In this document: in pieces, positions 38,322-50,576 of the stretch
Numbering within the stretch: the stretch's first letter is position 1
How the letters are laid out: every line of letters starts with the position of its first letter
Assembly (NCBI GenBank): GCA_052327205.1
Contig: CM126207.1
Location: forward strand, 218,178,001 to 218,242,000
Length of the DNA: 64,000 bases
Direction of reading: 5' to 3'
From: Somniosus microcephalus
Taxonomy: Eukaryota
Position numbers and translations under genes: made by a program
The notes under the pieces: model-generated
The model's database searches: none
Told to the model about the DNA's origin: nothing
Seen by the model: the letters and a program-made list of their open reading frames with translations, nothing else

Positions 38322-38615
38322 TGATATACCTATCAATTCATCCAATGAAAAGCGACGAGTTAAGAAAGTAACTATAGGTTTTTATTGGCTAAATAACAGA
38401 GCCCACCCTCGTGGGTGATCGGATCCAACAAGGAGGAATACCAGCCAGTCGACCACCTTTATACCTGGGCAAGTAGGCGGAGCTATGGGCGGAGTCAGCA
38501 GTGGTCAGCCCAGGTATAACAGCGTGGCAAGAGGCGACCTCGTGTAGTGATACAACAGTGTAAACAGTGATAACCATAGTGTAACGGTAGTGAACGATAA
38601 AAGTGGTTTACCACA
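38322..38615 (-). repeat. 5' LTR of Gypsy A2 (294 bp)
   Basis: TG...CA termini; no substitutions seen relative to the 3' LTR. Confidence 0.95.
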
Positions 38616-38664
38616 ATCTTTGCATGGTACACAATGGTATTGATGCCAAAGATCATAACCATAG

Positions 38665-41600
38665 TGATGCGCTATCAATCACTCAAAAGACTGAGGTTAA
38701 GCGAGTAACTAACAGGCTTTTATTAACAAGAGAATGAAGGTGTGCCTCGAGTGGTCGACCAGTCCAGAATACAGAGGGACTGTGGAGCAGTCACCTTTAT
38801 ACCTGGACTCATGGGAGGAGTCAGCCGAGGCATGTACAGACATGTACACAGTGGAATACAAACAGTGGTTTACCACATTCACCCCTTGTTTAAAAATGAG
38901 TCCGGCGGGGTGAAGTGTATTAAAAGTTTGTGTATTGGAGTCTCTCCGGAGGTCTTCTCTGCCGCTGTGATCGACGTGGCGACGGCAGGGGTAGTGAAGC
39001 TTCCGGCGTCGAGTCCCGCGTAGGCTGGGGCACTGGTGTGTAGTCCTCGTGGGTGTTGAGCGGGTCGCGGGGCCCAGGCGTGCCGTCTGCTGGGGTTGGA
39101 TATTGGATCGTGGGGGGGTGTGGTAGTGGGTCGTGGGTTACTGGGGCCCCCGAGGGTGCGAGGTCTCGTATGGAGACTGTGTCCTCCCGCCCGTCCGGGT
39201 ACGCAATGTAAGCATACTGGGGTTTGGCGTGGAGGAGGTCGACCCTCTCGGCCAGGGGGTCCGTTTTATGGGTCCTCATGTGTCTTCTCAGTAGGACCGG
39301 CCCTGGGGACGTCAGCCATGGCGGTAGCGATGTCCCCGATGTGGACTTCCTTGGGAAGACAAACATTTTCTCATGAGGGGTGGCGTTAGTGGCAGTGCAG
39401 AGCAGTGACCGAATAGAGTGGAGCGCATCGGGGAGCACATCCTGCCAGCGGGAGGTCGGAAGGCCCCTAGACTTTAAGGCTAGCAGGGCGGCCTTCCATA
39501 CTGTCGCATTCTCTCTTTCCACCTGTCCGTTCCCCCGGGGATTGTAACTGGTGGTCCTGCTTGTGGCAATACCCCTAGCGAGCAGGTACTGGCGGAGTTT
39601 GTCGCTCATAAACGATGAGCCCCGGTCGCTATGGATATAGCTGGGGAAACCGAACAGGGTGAAGAGGTCATTCAGACATTTAATGACCGTGGCACTGGTC
39701 ATGTCCGGGCAGGGGATGGCGAACGGGAAACGGGAGTACTCATCAATAATGTTGAGGAAGTACACATTGCGGTCGGAGGAGGGGAGAGGCCCTTTAAAAT
39801 CAATGCTCAGGCGCTCGAAGGGGCGAGTGGCTTTTATCAGGTGAGCCCTGTCTGGTCTATAAAAGTGCGGTTTGCACTCAGCGCAGACTTGGCAGTTCCT
39901 GGTCATGGTCCTGACCTCCTCAATGGAGTAAGGCAGGTTGCGGGCCTTGATGAAGTGGAAGAACCTGGTGACCCCCGGGTGGCAGAGGTCATTGTGGAGG
40001 GCCCGCAGTCTATCGATCTGCGCGCTGGCGCAGGTGCCACGCAATAGAGCATCCGGGGTTTCATTGAGCTTACCGGGCCGGTACAAGATCTCGTAATTGT
40101 AGGTGGAAAGTTCGATTCTCCACCTCAAGATCTTGTCGTTTTTGATTTTGCCCCTCTGCTTGTTGTTAAACATAAAAGCAACTGAACGCTGGTCAGTGAG
40201 CAGGGTAAATCGTTTTCCGGCCAGGTAGTGCCTCCAATGACGCACAGCCTCCACAATAGCCTGGGCCTCCTTCTCAACAGCGGAGTGTCTGGTCTCCGGG
40301 CCCCGGAGGGTTCGTGAAAAGAAGGCCACGGGTCTCCCCGCCTGATTAAGGGTAGCGGCCAGGGCAAAGTCGGACGCGTCACTTTCCACCTGGAAGGGGA
40401 TGGATTCGTCCACTGCGTGCATGGTGGCTTTGGCAATGTCTTCCTTGATACGGTGGAAGGCTAAGCGGGCCTCTGCCGTCAAGGGAAAAGAGGTGGACTT
40501 GATCAGCGGACGGGCCTTGTCCGCATAGTAAGGGACCCACTGGGCGTAATAGGAGAAAAACCCTAGGCACCTCTTCAGGGCCTTGAGGCAGTGGGGCAGT
40601 GGGAGTTCCATAAGGGGACGCATCCGGTCGGGGTCGGGACTGATGACTCCGTGTTCCACAACACAGCCAAGGATGGCGAGGCGGGTTGTGCAGAATATGC
40701 ACTTCTCCTTGTTATACGTCAGGTTCAAGAGTTGGGCGGTGCAGAGGAATTTTTCGAGGTTTGCGTCATGGTCGCAGATGGTCACATTGTCCAGATATGG
40801 GAAAGTGGCCTGCAACGCATTTTGACCTACCATCCGGTCCATCTCCCTTTGGAAGACGGAGCCCCCGTTGGTGACGCCAAAGGGAACCCTAAGGAAGTGA
40901 TAGAGGCGGCCGTTTGCCTCGAAGGCAGTATACTGGCGGTCCTCAGGGCGGATAGGGAGCTGGTGGTACGCTGATTTCAGGTCAATGGTCGAGAAGACGC
41001 GGTACTGCGCGATCTGGTTGACCATATCGGCTATACGGGGGAGTGGGTAAGCGTCCAGCAGGGTGTAGCGGCCTGCTGCATCCCGGCTGGCGTCCAAGAT
41101 GGCGGCATCCATGACCCCCATGTGGCTGGAGGCGTCCAAAATGGCTGCTGTTCCGGTGGTTCGCACATGGCTGGGGAGGCCCAAGATGGCGGCCCGCACG
41201 GCCCACACGCGGCGCTGCTGGGGTTCGGGGTGGCTTTGGCCCTGCAGACGCTGGTGTAGTGTCCCTTCTTCCCGCAGCCCGAGCAGATCGCATTTTTCGC
41301 CGGGCAGCGCGCTCTGGGGTGTTTGGCCTGGCCACAGAAGTAACATTTCTGGCCTTGGGACACTGCTGCGGTAGTTGGGCCGTTGCTGGGATGTGGCTGG
41401 GGTGGGACGGCGCTATGAGACGGTCCTACCGTGTCCCAGGCTGTCGTTCCCCGCGGCGTCCACGGTGCAGAGGAGTAGGCATCCATGCCCCGGTAGGCTG
41501 CGTCCAATGATAGTGTGAGTTCAGAGGCCTTGTTGAGGTCGAGGTCACTCTGCTCCAACAGTCGCTGTCGGGTGTAATTGGACCTGTGGCCCGCTACAAA

Positions 41601-42243
41601 AGCGTCCCAGATAAGTTCCTCTGTGTACACGGCGGCCTTTACATCCTTACAACCACAGGCCCGGCCGAGCACAGAGAGTGCCTGAAGGTATTCCTCGGTC
41701 GATTCCCCAGGTTGTTGTTTACGACTCCCCAGGAGGTGCCTGGCGTACACCTCGTTCACTGGGCGTGTGTACTGGTCCTTGAGGAGCTTGATAGCAGCCG
41801 TGTACGAGGTCGCGTCCTGGATGACCGAGTACGCTCGGTGGTTCACTTTGGAGGTCAGGACATCCAGTTTGTCCTCATCCGATTTGACCGTTGCAGCGGA
41901 GGCGATCAGGAATTTTTCAAAGCACCTAAGCCAGTGAGCAAACTTGGTGGATGCATCCGCCTCCCAATGGTCTAAGTCTAGGCATGCTGGTGTGAGGATC
42001 TTCTCCATTATAAAAAATCTTGTTAATAAAATTGATGCGCTATCAATCACTCAAAAGACTGAGGTTAAGCGAGTAACTAACAGGCTTTTATTAACGAGAA
42101 TGAAGGTGTGCCTCGAGTGGTCGACCAGTCCAGAATACAGAGGGACTGTGGAGCAGTCACCTTTATACCTGGACTCGTGGGAGGAGTCAGCCGAGGCATG
42201 TACAGACATGTACACAGTGGAATACAAACAGTGGTTTACCACA
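38665..42243 (-). mobile_element. Gypsy family B (related to A), internally deleted
   Basis: LTRs 38665-38877 (213 bp) and 42033-42243 (211 bp); TSD CATAG at 38660-38664 and 42244-42248; gag from 42008 with two CCHC knuckles; RT-RH-IN within ORF 38920-41346. Confidence 0.95.
38920..42008 (-). pseudogene. gag-pol of Gypsy B lacking protease and the RT N-terminus
   Basis: The gag tail joins RYTLLDAYP out of frame near 41070; no D(S/T)G protease motif; a 5-aa deletion after YLDNVTIC relative to family A. Confidence 0.88.
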
Positions 42244-42287
42244 CATAGTTATTAATGTGCAAAGTTAAACAAGACATCTACAGAGTT

Positions 42288-42472
42288 ACAAAAGTAAAAT
42301 ACTGCAGATGCTGGAAATCTGAAATAAAAACAGAAAATGCTGGAAATACTCAGCAGGTCAGGCAGCATCTGTGGAGAGAGAAACAGAGGTAACGTTTCAG
42401 GTCGATGACCTATCGTCTCCATTCTCTCTCCACAGATGCTGCCTGACCTGCTGAGTATTTCCAGCATTTTCT
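42288..42472. mobile_element. Penelope-like terminal fragment with an inverted duplication
   Basis: Perfect 51-bp inverted repeat at 42332-42382 / 42422-42472; direct repeat TCTACAGAGTT at 42277-42287 and 42470-42480. Confidence 0.8.
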
Positions 42473-42519
42473 ACAGAGTTGTTTGGTAGCCAACGAAGAA
42501 GCTCCATGGCTTGATTTGT

Positions 42520-42790
42520 GTTGAGTTAGATATTCTCAGCTGTTAGGCACACCACAGTTGACCTCAGCACCTCTTGATTGGGTAAGGGAAAATTGGCCAA
42601 GGTCCCACTTCTGATCATTATCCAGTAATCCCTACTAGAAGTACATAAGAGGACACTGAATTCAGATAGGATTGTGCTTGGCCAAAGGTCTCCACCCTTC
42701 CAGTCGGCAGTTGAATACCCTGCTGACAAACGTTGTTAAGACTAATAGAAATAATAGCCATTTAGGCGAGATACTAAATCTCAACCAACA
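42520..42790 (+). mobile_element. Ancient LF-SINE-like fragment
   Basis: gaaaattggccaaggtcccacttctgatcattatccagtaatccc resembles the LF-SINE core as I recall it; not verified. Confidence 0.4.
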
Positions 42791-43934
42791 TCGATTGGGG
42801 TACAGATGGACAATGCTTTATATTGCTAGTACTTGTATGCTGCCTGAAACAACAGCTATTTTCTGCGGCACTCCAACACAATTGCCAGTTTGTCTCCTGG
42901 ACATATTGTCTAAGTAACACTTGGCATGGTGACCACCTTGAAGCTCACTTTTTTAAGACCTTCAACTTTCTCAGCTCGAGCTTGAATCTAAAACCTTTGC
43001 CTCTAACAGAAATAAAAAATACTTCTGTATCACTGCAATACATAAGCCTTTTAACAAATTGTTGTCGTGGGGACTCTTGGGATGAATTAAATGAGGAATA
43101 TACTCTTTACTGGGGCCAACTTGCCTTGAGGGAGATAGAATCCTGGTGCTTTTGGGAGGGCAAGGCATTCTAAATCATTGAACTTCATTGCTGGCTAGAA
43201 TCTCTGTTGAGCAGTTGAACCCTGCAAAGAATAAGCTTTTATGACCCCAACTGACTTTAAACTCAAGTCTTATGGGAGTGCTTAGCTTTGTAACTTAATC
43301 CTTGCTGGTTCAATTTCCCAGTGACAATGGAAAAGAAAATGAGGTGGGATATAAAATGGGCTGCCAATTTGCTATCGCCTCTTTCTCACTACCGCTGAAG
43401 ACCAATTTCACTCCCCTAGATTAACAAAAACTGCTACTGTCTGGACGATAGCAAGCCCTGCTCCCAAGCTGTTTTAGGTACAATTACACTACAACTGTAG
43501 TATTTGTGCAATGCGGTTTTGTTTCACATCGACGATGCAGTTATAATGTAAATGCAGCCTGAATCTTGAATCAGGGTTTGACCTGAGATCAAAACAAAGT
43601 GGAATGAGATTCCATGCAGTAGGGAGTGTCACTATTACAGTAAAGATTGTTCTGTTTTCCCAGATATTGAGGCCCGAACTTGTCAGGTTGACTTTGAAAA
43701 CTTGTCATGAAAAGTTGACATGATCTCTGCTTCAATCACTAACTCTGGTAGTACATTCCATAACCTCACAACCTGTGTGTAATAAAAGTTTCTCCTGCTC
43801 TGTGACCTAAATCTCTATGTCTCCTTGTTCTAGATTACTCAATAACTAGAAACAGTCTATTTCTAGCTACTCTGTCCCATCCTTTCATTATTTCAAACAA
43901 GTCTATGAAATCAACCCTGAGTTTCCTTATATTA

Positions 43935-44097
43935 TGTCCACCTGAGAGAGCCGATGTCTCAACCAAAAGAAAATGCAGCACTCCTCAGTATTGCACTGAA
44001 GTGTCAGCCTAGATTACATGCTCAAGTCTCTGGAGTGGGATTTGAACCCACAACCTTCTGACTCAGAGACGAGAGTGCTACCGTGAGCAGCTGATAC
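43935..44097 (-). mobile_element. DeuSINE/SacSINE-like tRNA-derived head, within decayed CR1 remnants
   Basis: The minus strand reads tagcactctc...gagtcagaaggttgtgggttcaaatcccactccagagacttgagca (B-box GGTTCAAATCC). Confidence 0.65.
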
Positions 44098-44839
44098 CGT
44101 GCTCCAACTGTGGACTTACTAAGATTTGGTGTAGAGTCACTGGGTCATCTCAACTTTTATATTCTATACCTCTTGGCATTAGCTTTTTTATGGCCTTATC
44201 CATTTGAGGTGCTGCTTTTAAGGTTTTGCAACCTGAAGCCCAAAGTTTTTCTGCTCTTCCAAATCACCCAACTTTCCCCCAAAGTATAATTATTACTTTT
44301 ATTTTCTTAAACTAAAATGCTACTACCTCACATTTAATGACCTGAATTCCATCTGCCGCTTTTTGTTCACTCACAGAAAATGGCCTAGCTTATTTTGATA
44401 CAATAACCCCAGAATACAGATGTTGTATCTGCTCAAATGTCCAAGGGAGGGTCAAATCATTCAATTCAAATACAAGCATCTTGTTGGTTCAATCGGTATA
44501 GTTGTTTGGTTCTTTTGAATTTAAGAGATGCACATTAAAATTTTATTTTTGTGTAATTTTCTGAAACATTTTCTCAGCCTTTCTTGTTCAGGGAGAAATA
44601 GATAGGCTAAAGACACTCACATTTTGTCAGCAACAAACTCCCATATTAAGGTTAATTTTCAGGTTCCAGTTTGTATTGTAGTTTAGCACAGTAAACAAGT
44701 CTGTTATTTTTCTATTTTCCAAGCAGCAATAGTGAAGCATGTAGCTCCTGTAACTCTCCAGTATGTCATTTGCTTCTATTCACTTATCCATTTACTGTTA
44801 AATAAATTAGTTTGGCAGTTTTTAGCCAAAGCTGGTCTA

Positions 44840-45917
44840 ATTAAATTGGCTAAGTGACAGGAAACAGAGAACAGTGAGGGAATGGTTGTTTTTCAGACTA
44901 GAGGAAGATATACAGTGGTGTTCCCCAGGGGTCGGTACTAGGACTACTGCTTTTCTTGATATATATTAATGATTTGGACTTAGGTGTACAGGGCTCTATC
45001 TCAAAATTTGCAGATGACACAAAACTTGGAAATATAGCGATCAGTGAAGAGGATAGTGATAGACTTCAAGAGGACATAGACAGGTTGATGGAATGGGCGG
45101 ACACGTGGCAGATGGAGTTTAATGCAGAAAAGTGAGAAGTGATACATTTTGGTAGGAAGAACAAGGAGAGGCAATATAAACTAAAGGGTACAATTCTAAA
45201 GGAGGTGCAGGAAGAGAGAGACCTGGGATTATATGTGCACAAATTGTTGAAGGTGGCAGGGCAGGTTGAAAAAACGGTTAAAAAAAGCATACGGGATCCC
45301 AGGCTTTATAAATAGAGGCATAGATTACAAAAGCAAAGAAGTTATGATGAACCTGTATAAAACACTGGTTCACCCACAACTGGAGTATTGTGTCCACTTC
45401 TGGGCACCGCACTTTAGGAAGGATGTGAAGGCCTTAGAGCGGGTACAGAAATGATTTACAAGAATGGTTTCAGGGATGAGGGACCTCAGTTACGTGGATA
45501 GACTGGAGAAGCTGGGGTTGTTCTCCTTAGAGCAGAGAAGTTTGAGAGGAGATTTGATAGAGGTGTTCAAAATCATGAGAGGTCTAGACAGAGTAGATAG
45601 AGATAAACTGTTCCCATTGGCGGAAGGGCCGTGAACCAGAAGACACAGATTTAAGGTGATGGGCAGGAGATCCAAAGGTGACAGGAGGAAAAACTTTTTT
45701 ACACAGCAATCTGGAATGCACTGTCTGAAAGGGTGGTGGAAGCAGATTCAATCATGGCTTTCAAAAGGAAATTGGATAAATATCTGAAGGAAAATAAATT
45801 GCAGGGCTACAGGGAAAGGGTGGGGGATTGGGATTAACTGAAGTGCCCTTGCAGAGAGCCAGCACAGATTCGACAGGGCAAATGGCCTCCTACTGTGCTG
45901 TAACCATTCTATGATTC
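44840..45917 (+). mobile_element. CR1 3' fragment (RT C-terminus plus UTR)
   Basis: GVPQGSVLG, KFADD and LYKTLVHPQLEYCV motifs; tail attctatgattc. Confidence 0.9.
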
Positions 45918-48900
45918 CACTACCTTCCATGTGAGGGTAATGTGATATAACCAGTAACCAAAATACAGCGACGAGTGTTTTCTGTTTGATTCCTGAGTTG
46001 CTACAAATTAACCAAATACTGGGCAGATAACGGCCCATTTCAGGTAATAGAGTGAGGACTCAACTACAGGAGTGGCCTGAAACACTTAACCTGAGGAAAA
46101 TATGTTGAATAAAAATCCAAAAATATAACAGACTACTTGCTTCTCTCTTCCAACACCACCACCCCAACACCATTTCCACCCCCCGCCCCTCAACCAAAAC
46201 AAAATACAGTACAGGCATCACAAAATATCATCCATGGCTTTCCCAAGAAATGCCAATGTTGCAGCAAAGCAAATACAGTGCATTTGCATCTAGTTTTCAA
46301 CAGCAGTCCACACAGATGTAAAAGCCGGTCAGAATCGTTAATGCTCTTCCCTTAAGGGATCCAGATCAACAAAGTAAATATAAACTAAGTTTGTAACACA
46401 GAAGTCACTGGTGGAATTGGATACATTTTATATACAACTCCACAAAAATGATGCAATGAGTACAAGATGGAAAAGAAAGTTTTTGAAAAAGTAAATCTGA
46501 TAGGAGGATGGGCTGACAGAACCCACTACCTTGAAATATTGCTGAGTCTAGCACATAATACCTAGGTTAACTGTCCTGATATTTGACATAGTGGTCAAAA
46601 ACAAGATGGAAAATTTCCTCCCCCAACAAACTACAATTCTTTTAATTCACTTCCGTTTACCATGGAAAAGCAGTAAAAATCTGCTTAAAAATTGAACATT
46701 TTCATTGCTGTATTTGTGAAATTGCTATTATAATCCCCACCATTTATAGCGGGTGCATTAGTGTTTAAGCGATTTGACTATTATAGGCAGTGGATGGTAT
46801 AACAAGTAGTGGGAAGGCAGGAAGCAGCCGTGCAACTAACTGCACCGGTCCTGTGACTAACAGCTGGGGAAGAGTGCTAATTATATTCAACTTAATATAA
46901 AAATGAACAGGAATTTCAATAAGACCACTGAATGTTTTCATTTGCCAGGCACTTGTTAATTTTTTTTTATGCACTGCTGCTTGCTTACCACCTTAAATTT
47001 CCCCGCTCCTGACTTCAAATGTGCAACTGTAGGACCAAGAGTACCATTAAAGTTCTACTTTAATAGAGCTATTTCACTGCATGGAAGCTCATGGAAATGA
47101 CCCTTTTATCCAACCGGAAAGGACCGAAGTGGCACAGCAAGAAAGGAAAATGACGTGACAAAATGCACCTGAAATTGTTGGCACGCTTAATGTGTTTTTG
47201 CGGCACCTTTGTACTTGACTTCAGTAGTAACGGCAAATGGTCAGCGGCTGCCCATGAGAAGCAGGGACGGTGTAAGTGGCATGGACTGTATTCAAAAGGT
47301 ACCAACTGGAAGATCTTCACAGTTTAAGTATCAGCATTAAACAGTAATTGCAATTTATTTGAAAAAATGTTAAAGTATAATTTGTTTTCTATTAAACTAA
47401 CACATTCAAATGCTACATTATCTTGTACAGTTTACATTGTAAAATTGCAAAACACCATTAATTGGAAAAATGCTCTTTGACCAATATTACAATATCAATT
47501 CAAGAGCAAAATTCCATTTTGCCGGGCACAACAGACCTACTTTTTTGTAGTTTGCTCTGACGAAAGCAGATAGGACTTGCAGACAGCATCAAAACCTTAA
47601 CTGACCAAATCTTAATGGAGCTGTGTGATATTTGTACCACAAGGGACAAGAGGCCAGGCTTTGCCCTAGTGCAGCCATATCGGAATTTCTCACCACAATG
47701 TACATCTGAATAAATTTAACAGAGGTCTCCCTATAAGATGATGGGAAAAGATGCAGCAGGCCAGTTTTTTTTTTAATCTACTGTTTGATCACATCCTTGA
47801 CAGTGTTGGATGCTGAATCTATGGAATAATGCACAAAGGTTTCTGGCCTTGATGGTGTTTAATGTTAAACTACTTTCGACTATCAACTAATGACAAGCAC
47901 ACTGCCGTCTGATGCCAGTCATTCACAAACATCTTGGCCTGTGGTTACCGTTGCAGTGGCTGAGTGAGAGGTCAAAGAGCAAGCACAAAAAAAGACAGCG
48001 GTGAAGGGCAACTGTCATGCACCAGTGCATACTGTGAGGCAGTGAGGAGTGGTTGTCTTCTACAGAACATGCAAAGTGCTCACATTCTGTCTGGGCAGAC
48101 ACATCTGAAAGTCCTAAATGAGACCGTTGCCAATTCATGAAATACAAAACTGACAATCTGACTCTTCTGCTGTCTTGTTGAAATTTGATTTGTTTTTCCA
48201 TTTCAAATCACAAATGTATGCAAAGCACAGACTCACTCTACTGTATGTAACAGCAGCATTTTAAAGCAAGTTTTAGTTTAAAAAAATGAAACATGAAAAA
48301 GAAACAGTATCCTTCACATTTTTTTAAAGCCCAATCCTTTTAATAATAGTGGGAAACTCAACAAATCTTTTTAATTCCACTGCTGTCAAGTAATAATAGA
48401 GCATTAATTAAATTTTTAATCATAGGATACGCTAATACCAAATGAACCCAATGGGAATATAAAGAGCTATTTGCGGGGTCAACCATGGTACAGACAGATA
48501 CTGAAGGATTTCTGATATTGATGGCAAGGTAGAAAGAAATTACCAAATATACCAGATCAATACCTAGTTTCAGTGTTACAGCCGTCCCCAGACATAAAAT
48601 ATATCTCTTTACTGCTACAAAAATGGTGATAATGAAAGTGCAAGATAAATGTTTCCCTCAAGGTAAACTATTTGATTAGCTAAGGGCAGAGGTGATAACA
48701 GCAGAGTTGGAGAAACTTCACAACCTAAAATAAATAGTTAGGTTAGGCTACAAAGGCCAATATTGGCATACAACGGTCATGTTACTACTGTGAGAGTACA
48801 GTATTTGTGGTGGACACAGCAAGTCCATTGGCATTGGTAAATAAATTGGCAGCAGTAAATGGATTGGAAGTATTTTACAACAAAGCTGACACTTCAAATA

Positions 48901-50576
48901 TAAAGGTCCTCCTTTTTGCTATGAATCAGTAGAGTGTAATACTAAGACTCAGAGAAGCAAGGCAGTGATATCACAACTCCTAATTAAGCGAGATATCTAT
49001 TTGGAGCAGAGACCTTGGGTTATAGCAAAGCAAAACATATTGGACATTCAACAGAGTGAAACACACTAATGAATTATCAGCCAGAAAGCTTGAAATCATT
49101 AAGAAGCAACTTCATGGCCAATATTCACTAGTCAGTGAAAGGCTCAGCATTTCCATAGACTTGACTTTCAATTATAACAAGTCATTTTACAGGGGATTAG
49201 TAGCTTGATGATCGGATCAATACTTGGTACTCGTTCTATTACATACAAGAAGAAAATTGTCCCCCCTAGTAATGAAGTATTTGGTTTGGTTCTACTTCAT
49301 TTGCTGCATTCATTAGTGTAATGGTGCTAAAATTATTGGCCAAAGTAATTTTAGCAACAGGACAGAACATGCTCGTCATTCTTTAGTGAGTTTCTACCTG
49401 CATATGCATGGCCCCCGTGCACTGATTCCTGTTATTTAGACTGCTGTATGTGAGCAGTGACTACTATTTCTCAATTATTGGGCCATTAATATTGTTCACG
49501 GCCAATATTGTGACTGAACCATACATATTGCTGCTGGCATGTGCCCTTGCTGATTTTGCTAAACACTGGACTCCCTTGGCTTAAATAATGGAGACAACAT
49601 GCATACATTATGGTCTATAAATCTTAATGTTTATTGTAAATACTTGCAAAATATTTTGATTGTAAATTACTATCCTTAAAAATTTTGCAGAATAGATCAT
49701 TTCCAGAACAGCATCTCGCCTTTATTTAAAAACAAAGAGTAAAAATTATACATTTAACCTATCTAGTTTTACAGCAAGTATGTTAATATGTGAAGGCATA
49801 CATTAAAATGTCTGCCCAAGAGCTACATACTGTAGCAATAGTTGGTTCTGTTATAATGTACAAGGACACTAAACATCAAGAATCAAATAATTCTTTTAAC
49901 ATCTTTAATGTATTATTTATATAATTCATTTATCGTGCCATGGTAGATTATTTTTGGTGGCTTATAACAAAGTACAGTAGACAGTGCAGATCAATTACTT
50001 TGGTGAAAAAGATTTCCTGTCCAGTGTGTGCTTAGATTTAGTACATTGCTTGATAAAAACCAAATAATTATGATTGGAAAAAGTCTGGTGTTATTATAAT
50101 TGATTTTCTTCTGAGTGCATTAGTCTATTTGTGTTGAAAGTACTGTACTCAATCAAATCAATGAAATCTTCAAGCAGACCTAGGAGAATAAATGTTCTCA
50201 GCAGGGATATTTGACAATCCAACAAATACTATAAGGATTATGTTATGCTACAACTTGTTATGTAGAAGAAAAAGTGCAGAGAAACTAAATTTCAATAAAG
50301 TATTGTATGTGAAATTTTCACCTAATCGTCCAGATATATTTTTCTGAATCTATGAAACCAGCTTAGAAACACAAGGATGATGCTAGGACAGTAAACTATT
50401 GAGATATAAACTTTGTTTTACAGGGTGAATGATTCAGGAGTGATAATAGGAGATGAGGAGAAAGACAAACGTGATGTAGCCAAGAAACAAAAACAGAAAA
50501 GACTAAAAGAAAGTGAAGTGTGGATCACACGTTTTCTAATGGAGTCCCCAGACCCTAATGGGCTGCAAGTAGATTC

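Larger units (their letters stand above)
30792..38615 (-). mobile_element. Gypsy family A copy 2, with its integrase interrupted by a CR1
   Basis: LTRs 30792-31113 (3') and 38322-38615 (5'); TSD ATCTT at 30787-30791 and 38616-38620; the proteins are near identical to copy A1. Confidence 0.97.

Noticed and set aside
50423-50570. Purine-rich exon-like stretch after TTTTACAG (a similar case at 29166-29348)
   Set aside because: No recognisable protein, a weak splice site at one end, and no consistent gene model.
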